A program made the translations under genes and the position numbers. Shown piece after piece: positions 54,171 to 64,000 of a stretch of 64,000 nt of DNA (position 1 is its first letter; each line of letters opens with the position of its first letter). The stretch is from Octopus bimaculoides (Eukaryota): the NCBI RefSeq assembly GCF_001194135.2, contig NC_068990.1, positions 4,487,765-4,551,764 of the forward strand. Direction: 5' to 3'. The notes under the pieces are model-generated. The model worked only from the letters and a program-made list of their open reading frames with translations. It had not been told where the DNA came from and searched no databases.

Positions 54171-54745
54171 GTGATTCTGTATAGTATCTTCCATTGACTT
54201 TGGTGCAAATATACGTAAATGGATTGTGAACAAACTATTTCACATTACATTACTAATAAAATGGATAAGAAAAAACTTTTAATAACATAGATGTAAATGA
54301 AAGAGGTAAGAATGTATGCAACAAAAATAACATGATGTCATGTATCATTATAGAACTTTTTTCCATGTATTCAGACAATGATTGAACTATTTTGGATATG
54401 AATTACCCCCACCCCATCTTACCCCAGCTATAACTATTTCACACCTGGTTATGTTTCTAATAATAGCTGAATAATGTTTGGCAACTGAGAAGTAAAGGGA
54501 AAGAACTTATTGATCTTTAGATAATAAAAAATTGAGTTGGCTTTTAACAAAATTGACTAAGTGGCATCAAAATGCCTTTTGATTAGCCATTTTGTTACCA
54601 TAATTGTGTAGAAATACAATGTCGTAGTTTCAATTGATTTTTAGGATAATGAAGAGTTTAGGAAAATAACTTTGTCATTATTAATCTGGTGTTTCAAACT
54701 TAAATTAACATGAAATTTTGATGGATGGTTTTAGTTAAGATTATT

Positions 54746-54970
54746 TTAACCCTTTTGCATTTAAATCAGCCAGATCAGGCCAAAGATTCTTTCTGTTTAT
54801 GTTCAAACTGGCCAGATCTAGCCTCTTACACATACCCTAAAATGTCAGTCTAAAAGTAAACAATCACATTATCAAAATCTCAAACCTATGAGATAATCCT
54901 TGGTTAATTTATAAAATGTGAATAAATAAGCACTATATTTGACAGAGTAATTTCAATGTTAAAGGATTAA
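54746..54970 (+). mobile_element. TTAA-flanked piggyBac-like MITE
   Basis: TTAA|CCCTTTTGCATT...AATGTTAAAGGA|TTAA: short imperfect TIRs with a TTAA duplication. Confidence 0.75.
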
Positions 54971-57900
54971 AACACAAGGTTTGTATTATAGAACCAGGTT
55001 GGTATGCAGTCTGGTATCAAAACAGTGGACTCTTTATATTCTGTGTTTATTTTGCAACAATGTTAACTGTGTCTTTCATTGTTTCAGGGTAATAGAATGA
55101 GCTATTGTCATATGTCACTAACTCAGAGAGATTGAATATAAACTTTCGAAGATGGTACCCTTGTATGGCTGCAGCTAAATTACTGGAACAAATAAAAATA
55201 TAAAAGGCTTCCTTTGGTAGTGTAAGTTTCAACACGCATTTTGGGTGGGCTGAAAATAATGTAGACATGAATATTTTATAAAGAAAATGTCAAATGTTTT
55301 GTCTTCATAACTGCTCATTGTCATTTTAATATCAATACATGAAATAAGTTTCAGAACAGATAGTGTGTGATCTTGTACTTGAATTAAAAGCCATTATAAA
55401 TTTTAATACTGTTGTAGAAATGAAAGCACCATCTTTGCATTTAGTTATACTAATGTATGGAAACTGTACCTATTTATTTCACCATGAAGCCTTCATTGAA
55501 TTGTTATTTGTACCTCTTAAATGAAAACAAATTTTTCTTTCATTTGAAATTTGGAAAAAAGATATTGCAAATGAAAGGTGGTAAACTGTCTAAATTAATA
55601 AGATTTGTTTGAATTAGCTAAATAAAAAAATTGCTCAGTTGTAGACACCATGGAGAGAAAACTGAAGTGGTATAAATATGTGGGGAGGGGTGATATATGT
55701 TTAGAATTATAAAGAAATGTAATCATGATAAGCAAAATAGAAGTTGAATGGATGAAAATTAAAATAAAGTGGTTATAACTCACTTAGAAGGAATAATGTT
55801 GAATAGATAAAATTAAAAATGAATTTAGAAAGAATAAGAAGGTCTTATAAAAGGATAATTATTTAACTTTGGAATAAATGGAATAAATGATAGTTGAGTC
55901 TGTTCTAATGGATAATTTAAACCAACGAATAAGTTCAATGAATTTCAAGCCAAAGAAAATGAGTTTAGTCTTTTCTACTGCTTAAATAGAAAACACAAAC
56001 TATTTTTAGCATAGAAAAATGAGAGGTATTATAAATAGGCCTTTAATGATATCTCAAATTGTTTAATCTTGTGTAAATATTTGATTTGTTTGCTCAATAC
56101 CACTTTGTTGTTTCTTTTGAGCTGGTATGAATTGTTATATTACCAACACTATTACAGCAATATCAACACTATCAAAACCATCAACAACATTAACTTTAAT
56201 AGTACTGATGATGATACATAAAATTAAGATGTTTGTTTTTTTGAAGTGTTACAGTTAATTAACACTTCTAAGCTGTGCAATTGTAGCAGAAGCCAAATAA
56301 TTTTATACACTTTTGTAATAGCATCATATTTGTTTCTTAAGACTTCCCTGCTATAATTATAGCTATATTGTCTGCAATAATGAGTTGGCAGCTTTTTCTA
56401 ATTGAACAATTAGTATCAAAAACCATACCATTAAAATTATGATGGACATAATAATGAGCAATTTTGATAACTATAAACTTTGAAACTCAACAGCCAATAC
56501 ATTTGCACATTCTTTTAGTAACTTAGTGTCAATGAGTACAGGTAATGGAGATCAGAGGATACAAGAAAAATAACTGCTGGAGTTGATAGTTTTTCACTAG
56601 CATTGTTTTGTCTTCATAGCATTCAAAACTCTTACACAACTGGGTTCTGCTAACTCTACATCACATGCATTATTGCTATTAACAGGGACTACACTGGAAA
56701 ATGGATGTTTTAGTTAACTTGCAGTGTTGAGTTCAATTCTATTGATAAAATCTAAAATGATAGAGCTGTATTCTGTGTAATGAGAGAATTATTTCTCATC
56801 CACTTAATACTACAGAAACTCAACACAAGCAGTGGCTTTATGTGTTCCAATGGTTAAAAAAAAAATTATTACCACTAGAAATGCCTTATATTGTTCACAC
56901 CTGAATGGAAAAATGTTAAATCAATGCTAAAATAGGCTGGTAATTATTAATCTATAACTTAAGGTCAATAACCATATATCTACAGGTGAGAACATCAAAA
57001 GTATTAATTAAATAGAAGTGGATCTGGAATATTAGAGCACCATTGACTGCATCTAATTTCATCTGGATCTTCCACTGGCTCAATGATAAGTGCCTCCCAG
57101 AGGCTTTACCTTGCTTTAATGTCATTGGAGCTTATTCTTGCTTTAATGATGTATGCATGAGGGACATGTCACACTATAGATAGGAATATTAATAGTAAAC
57201 CAAAGAAATCTTCCATTGGAATATTTTAGTTCAAGTTTGCAAGCTATAAAATAATCATTAATTATGCACACCTGTCAGCTGTAAGCTGTACTTTTTGCCT
57301 GATATCAACCAACAATTAAGTAGATCAGCATAATGGGTTGGATATCTTATCCAAGGACACAGCACAGTGCCAGTTGCAATTTATATGGCAAACTCTTCTA
57401 CACTAGACCACCAGTATTGTATAATTCAGACAAGCTGTTATTGCGATATTCTAATGTAGATAATAATGACAGTAAATTATTGACAGAGTTGATTCTCAAC
57501 TGGATATACATACAGACATTCTCTTTTGGTTGTTTGTTTTTTTTATGTTATTTTTATCATTTTTTTTTTTTTTACCAAAATCAATATTTAGTTATCAAAT
57601 AAACAGGAAAAGGAATAGGAAAAAAATCTTCTGCATCAACTGAACAGGAATTAAACTTTATTCTATTAGATGATGACTAAACTTTTGACACAATCTTTCT
57701 TCAGGCTTGCTGCTACTAAACTTGATGATTGCATTATTAACAAAATAAAACACTTTTTTTTTCTTTTTGATATTTCAAATATTTTTTCTTTTCTTTCTTT
57801 TTTTAAGTGTTTCTTAATTGTCGGTGTTGATAGTTATAAAGTCTTAAATTTAGTATTATAGAAAATTTCTTATCTGCAAATTTCTAATTTGGTTATGTAA

Positions 57901-59234
57901 TTATTGTTATTCTTTCTGAAAAGAGTGACTGAACAATATCTTAGTTTATCTCTGCTGACACAGTGAGATGTTCAGCAAACATTGAATCATCTACAAGCAA
58001 CGACAATAGAATACAAGGAACCAAACACAAATTAAATTATGTAGAAATGAAAAGAATACACTGGGCAAACGTGGAGAAAAAATAGAGTTGAAATATCAAA
58101 TGCATTGCAAAAAACAAAATAAATAAAAAAAATTATATCCATGTGAGAAACCTAAATGTTCAGAAAAAATATTCATTGAAGGTTGTAGTAAAAGATTTAT
58201 AAATGGAAAGATTAACAAAAGCAGATTATAACTATGTAATTTAAAGACAACAGTTTTGTAGAATTTTTTGGTGATCTGGTTATCAGCTTTGCCTGTTGCC
58301 TGTGATTTATATTTCATAACATTAATTGATCTCTTGTTTTGATTTCATGTATATTTTCTATATCATAATGGGTAATACTAAATTTTACCAACTGAATTCA
58401 AGTAAAGCAATTTATTCTACATGCAAGTAGGCATGTGTGAATGTAATGTCTGCATGTTCCAATTAAATATTTACTCTTCTTAATAGTTGTTGGNNNNNNN
58501 NNNCTATGTTAGCATCAATGAGTAGATTCTTGTTAAAGCAATAAATTTTGTTAATGATGCTTTCTCCATTACCCAAAAACAGTAAAATCAAGGTCAAATC
58601 TGAATCTGTTTTGATGAGAAGCACTGGTATATACCAGAAGCTCAATACAAAATGTATTACATGTTGTAAAGTTACAACACAAAAAGCCATTTGGTAAATA
58701 GTAGATTACTTTTACTACAGTGCCATTGCATACAAATGTTTTAAGAATTTATAAAGCACACTAGCATTTCCAGTTCAAATAAAATTCATGATCATAAACA
58801 AACTCAATGAAGCAGAAACTATAAGTAAACAATAAAATTTCTTATGTTTTCTCATTAAATTTGATATATATCAACTAACATCATCTAATAATGAAATAAA
58901 CAGAATAGCTTATTAAATGGCATGACTATAAAATGGTTTCTACATAATTGAGAAAGGTTATTTACCATGTTGTTTTAAATGGTAATGCAATCAATCTTTA
59001 ATTCTTTAATCTCTGCCTGTTCGATAACGACAAAGTTACAAATTATATCATTAGGTGTTTGAGCCTTGCTGCAGCCATTTTTGAATCTTCTACAAGCCAC
59101 ATAATTCTACTTTCCTCAGTGTGTGTAATTGAAATAAACAAATTACAACCTTATTTAGGAAACCAACTGTTTCATCATAAGACCCTAACTCTTAGGCTAG
59201 TTTAAAAAAATGGATATAAAACAGCAAAATATTT

Positions 59235-60365
59235 CATTAGGTTGTCCCCTCATGAAGTAGCCAATTTCTTAAATTTGTTTATGTGAAAACATATCTAGTA
59301 AATTTTAAAGCATCAAATATTCTTATGCAATTTTTCATACTATTTACCCAGCATCACGGTTTTAGAAAATCTTAAATTTATTGCTGATTATAGGGGGGGG
59401 GGGTTCTAATATTGTTCCCTTGCTTTTGCAGATGTTATCCATAAAGAAGTCAGACTTCTGCTTTTGTATGAGTTTAAACTAGGTAAAAATTCATCTCAAG
59501 CTGTCAAGAATATCAATGTTGCATTTGGGATGGAAACTTACACTGCCAAAAGAAGAAGATTGTGCAATAAATTTTGATTTGGAACCAGGCACCTGAATGT
59601 AGAACCCCATGGATATTAGTAAAGTGAAAAAGATAGATAGATTTGTCCCATATGAATTAAGCACTGCAAATAAGATGTATCATTTGACAATCTCTTTTTT
59701 GAAAAGAATAATCTTCTGTGATAATAAATGGTCCCTTTATGACAACAGTAAAAGACCTAAGCAATGACAAGATGCTGAAGAATTGCCTGAAGATATTTCA
59801 AAACTCCCTTTATACCCTCAAAATATTATTGTCACTGTTTGTTGGTACTGTCAAGGAATCATCCATTATTTGTTTCTGCAACCAAAATAAACAGTAACAT
59901 CCCAATTCTATTGGCAGCAAATTGAGGAAATGAATCTCAAATTAGTTAGGCAAGATCTAACATTGATAAACAGACAAGAGCCTATAGTCTTGTATGATAA
60001 TGCCATATGTCACATTGTAAATCAGGTCAAAACAAAGTTGCAGCAGTTTAATTAGGAAACATCATCCTATATATTCTCTAAATTTTTCACCAAGAGACTA
60101 TCATTTATTTCCTCACACTGAGTTTTTCACCCATGACAAAAAGTTCGCAAACAGAGAAGAAGCAGTGACAGCATATTAACAATTTATGGCTTCAACAGAC
60201 AATGTTTTGTCAAATAACGAATGTATAGTTTCCTAAGGCAATGGAAAAAGTTATTGATAGTTAATAGGTTCATATATTTTAATGTAATACCGATAACTAT
60301 CTTGATTTGTAATGCATAATTACATTTTAAAGAGAAAAGACATATTTTCACTGAGAAAACTGATT
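59235..60365 (+). pseudogene. Near full-length decayed mariner element
   Basis: VRLLLLYEFKLGKNSSQAVKNINVAFG, FVPYELS (WVPHEL), CDNKWSLYDNSKR, VTVCWYCQGIIHY, IVLYDNA, HPIYSLNFSPRDYHLF. Putative degenerate TIRs at about 59236 and 60340-60364. Confidence 0.85.
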
Positions 60366-62119
60366 CAAGTTCTAGTGTTTGTTTGCCTTTTACTAACATA
60401 AGATAATTTCTGATTAACAAATCATATGAATATATGAGTCTATAATGCTTCTCATGTTGCACAGGCAAACTGACTATTTATTTATATAACCAATTGGAGA
60501 ATACATGAATATTTTAATCTATTTTGTCATCAGTGTTTCTTTTTACATTAATCTCTACTATGTTCTTACATCTAAAAATATTTCTCTTTCTAACATGCAT
60601 CTCTGCTAATCATTTTGTAGCCTAATGTGTTAGCAAATAAATATAGCTAGTATTTGAATAAATTTATATCCCTTAAGTTAAACAGGATTAAGGATCATGG
60701 CAAGGATACAGCACGATGCTGTTTTGGTAGGAATACACAAGCCAAAAGTATGATAGCTATCCCATTGAACTACTTCAGTAAACAACTTAATATAGATTTC
60801 CTCCAGACCAAGTTGAATGGTCTTATATCTCAAAATGACTTTAAAACTAGATGTTGCATACATTCATGACTTCTTCAAATGTGTAAAAAATAAAGATGAA
60901 ATCAACTTTCATCAGTTAGAAACTGAATGCAGATAATAATCTTGCTTTGCCAAGATTTTATTCATTTGCTCTATCACACTCATCACACAATTACAATGAA
61001 ATATTAATAACAACATAGGTTACTAGTCAAGTATTGGATCTATGTTATCAGCCATCAAATGTGAAACCTTGTGCTTATATTAGAAAAATCTCTAACACTG
61101 AAAACTATGTAGAGGATGCACTTAAGTGATATATTCTGGTGCTAGGATCTAGAATTAACTTTACTGGGTTGGAACCTTGTAGTTGGATTTTACAATAACT
61201 TCTATAATTCATAAGATACAACTTGATGATTTGAATGGTATGAAGTGAATAAGCTTGAGCGTACAAAGGAAAAAAAATGTGTGCTGATGGTTGAATTTGC
61301 AGATTTATATAACACTTAGAAGTGTAGGAGAATTCAGTTCAATAGGAAAATTATTATTTTTTGTATACTTTTACTATTTTATAACCACCTTTCTTTATTT
61401 GCATGGATGGGATGGTTTTGTTGGAGCAATTGCCTTTTCAGCTAGATGCTCCTTTTAGCATTACTCACTCAGCCATTAACTATGAATGGAAACAGTTTTT
61501 TTGTCATTTAAGCAAACTGGAGCAAGCCTTGTTCAGAACCACAACAGAATCATAACTTCACTGCCTGTCCAATAAAAATTAATAATATAAAGGGGATTTG
61601 GATTCTAATTGAACACAATATAGAATGGTTTCAACTATTCAAACAAATATTGAATTATTATGGGCATAAACTGTTGACAAGATAGCATGACATATTCCTT
61701 TATTCTTTGGCTACTTTTAGTCATTGGACCATAGTTATGTTGCAATGAATTAAAAAAAAAGTATTTTTGAATAACCGTAAAAAATAATCCTTTGTAGCAT
61801 TTCACGTACATTTCTCTATGTTCTTTGGCCTGGAATAGTTATAAATAATCAGACAGTAATATTAATTCTGAAGCAAATATCTTATAGCTCAATCCTATTC
61901 ACTCATCATTCCATTCCATTAGTCAAACATTCATAGTTACTAATTTGCAGGGAGGAAATAATTGTAGAAGCAATGTCGTCAAGTGAACATGGGGCTCTAC
62001 AACCAGCTCAGATCCACTGCAGGCATACCTTAGAATACACATACATGTATGTATATATGTGTGTGCGTGTGTGTGTGTAGGTGTATATATACATATGCAT
62101 GTATGTAGGTATATATCTT

Positions 62120-62310
62120 TTACCTTTTACTTGTTTCAGTCATTAGACTGCTGTACTGCTTTCAAGAAATTTTAGTTGAATCTATCAACCCCAATACTTA
62201 TTTTTAAAAGCCTGGTATTTATTCTATTGGTTTCTTTTTGCTGAACGACTAAGTTATAGGGATGTAAACACTCCAGCACCAGATGTCAAGCAGTGATGGG
62301 AGGACACACA

Positions 62311-62347
<37 letters not shown>

Positions 62348-62505
62348 CAGGCTTCTTTCAGTTTCTGTCTACCAAATCCACTCACAAGGTTTGATTGGCC
62401 TGGGGCTACAGCAGAGGACATTTGTTCTAGGTGCCATGTAGTGGATCTGAACCTCAAATCATGTGGTTGGGAAGCAAACTTCTCACCACACAGCCACACT
62501 TGCAC
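62120..62505 (-). mobile_element. tRNA-derived SINE, family B, near full length
   Basis: TTTTACTTGTTTCAGTCATTAGACTG...ATGTGGTTGGGAAGCAAACTTCTCACCACACAGCCAC with an internal (CA)n. Confidence 0.8.
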
Positions 62506-63160
62506 CTATATATGCATATAATCAGTTTGGACAATGTAGCTTAAAGTTCTCTCTCTATATCAGCTTTGAACTTTTCAAACAGTGGTTACAAGACTTAAAC
62601 ACTTTAGAATCTCATCAATTGGCAAAAATATGGAATGGCCATAGATGAGAACAATAATCCAATGCCAAAGTTCAACCCATCCTAAAATATTATAGCAATC
62701 TATTTGTAATCCAAGACATATAAGTTGCTTCTAAATATTCAGTGTGTTAGTTCCATGCATGCATGCTAATACTATAAAGTCAAATGCAATTCTTGGTTTA
62801 GCACTTTAATTCATCATAATTAATCCAGTATATGCTATATAAACAGCTATAAAGCATTTCTATCGTGGAAAGTTTCGTATTTTATTAACATATTTATTTA
62901 TTGTGAATATTTGATAATTTTGGTGAGTTCAAATTCAGTAATTTTCTTTACTATTGTTATTATGTTGAAAATATTGTTTTATTAGATTTATTTGAATCTG
63001 CAACTGTTTTATAGAGTTTCAATGAGAGTTACTTGAGCCCTTTGAGAATTGTATGAATAGTTTAGTCTTGAGGTCAACATGCAGCTTGCAAGACTAATAA
63101 GCTTTTTTGACTGAGTGTGGATACAGCAGAGAGGAAGGTAGCATTATGCTAGGAAATGAG

Positions 63161-63409
63161 AAGGCGNNNNNNNNNNNNNNNNNNNNNNNNNNNNNNNNNG
63201 GCGCTGGCAGATTCATTAGCACACTGGGGGGAATGCTTAGTGGTATTTTATCCGTGTGAATGTTCTGAGTTCAAATTCTGCCGAGGTTGACTTTGCCTTT
63301 CATCCCTCCAGGGTTGTTAAATTAAGTACTTGCAAAAGAATGGGGTTGATGCAATTCACTAGTCCCCTACCACAAAATTTCAGGCCTTGTGCCTTTAGTA
63401 GAAAGGATC
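63161..63409 (+). mobile_element. tRNA-derived SINE family A with 15-bp target-site duplication
   Basis: ATGCTAGGAAATGAG at 63146-63160 and 63410-63424; head AAGGCG(N)..CTGGCAGATTCATTAG; B box GAGTTCAAATTC. Confidence 0.85.
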
Positions 63410-63494
63410 ATGCTAGGAAATGAGTGGTTAAAGTGTGAGGCCTCTTTTTCATTCTTGTTGAAAATAGCAACGGATACACTTTGTAATGTAGTCG

Positions 63495-63640
63495 GCATTA
63501 GGTGGTGCCTCCAGATTTAAAAACCATGCCAAAGTTGATACTGGAGTGCAATGCAGTCCTCAGATCTGTTGGACCTTGTCAAATTCATGTTAGCATAGAA
63601 GATGGACATTAAAAAATGATGATAATGATGATGATCATGA
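63495..63640 (+). mobile_element. Old RTE LINE 3' tip
   Basis: GCATTAGG...CCATGCCAAAG...GATGGACATTAAAAAATGATGATAATGATGATGAT. Confidence 0.55.
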
Positions 63641-64000
63641 CGATTAAGTTATGTGTTCAAGAGATCAGTTTCTACTTCAGTTGGTTACACTTCAAATAAT
63701 TTCCTTCACATTTATCATTAGATTAGTATATATTTTAAAATGGAAATTCAATAAAAGCAATATATTTTCACATTAAGATCTCAAAAGAATGAAACAATAA
63801 TGATGAAAGAAATAAAGCAAAAAAATCCTCCCAAAAAAGCCAAAGCATAGCAATAAGAACAAATTCACATTGTATCATAATACTTTCACATGATTATATT
63901 TGTTGAAAATCATGTTGAATATTTGAAGAAATTAGAAATATACGAGTGACTGGACTTTTCTGTTGTTGAAACGAATAACATCTAATACTAGAAATATATT

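Noticed and set aside
55088-55221. Plus-strand segment with a strong acceptor and GTAAGT donor; overlapping minus ORF NLAAAIQGYHLRKF
   Set aside because: All three plus frames contain stops. The minus reading has no donor and no real similarity to the CASK autoregulatory segment.
638-62648. Most ORF-track entries (YI/IY, CV, RE/SL, poly-M/I/H and X-containing ORFs)
   Set aside because: They are translations of microsatellites and N-gaps, or short AT-rich chance frames with no recognisable motifs or splice support.
1-64000. CRISPR arrays, operon-like clusters, rRNA or viral gene blocks
   Set aside because: No regularly spaced repeat-spacer array, no long intact ORFs and no rRNA-like sequence; the DNA is eukaryotic and intron-like throughout.

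Overview
Eukaryotic, strongly AT-rich scaffold sequence, dense in microsatellites, with 8 N-gaps. The repeat landscape (RTE LINEs with (GAT)n tails, tRNA-derived SINEs, TTAA MITEs) looks like an octopus or other coleoid cephalopod genome; this is inferred, not verified. The only host coding sequence I can support is one 81-nt minus-strand exon (39306-39386, VYNTLRKHKHKLHVDELREIMAKPHFQ). It encodes part of an L27 domain of a MAGUK scaffold of the CASK/MPP (p55) family. I found no neighbouring canonical exon, so the window appears to be two very large introns. These contain decayed transposons: RTE, Penelope-like, an RLE-type non-LTR fragment, a possible L1/Tx1, three mariners, Tc1, Tigger/pogo, piggyBac, a Helitron, hAT-type and foldback MITEs, three tRNA-SINE families and two unclassified dispersed repeats. 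Most ORF-track entries are microsatellite or gap artefacts or TE fragments. I found no CRISPR, rRNA, bona fide tRNA, or convincing new biological system. The best leads are modest: cryptic exon candidates, a structured ~65-bp tandem unit in the RTE 3' UTR, a microsatellite-anchored repeat family, a degenerate hammerhead-like motif, a long foldback hairpin and a possible NHL-propeller pseudogene. TE boundaries are approximate and all translations were done by eye.
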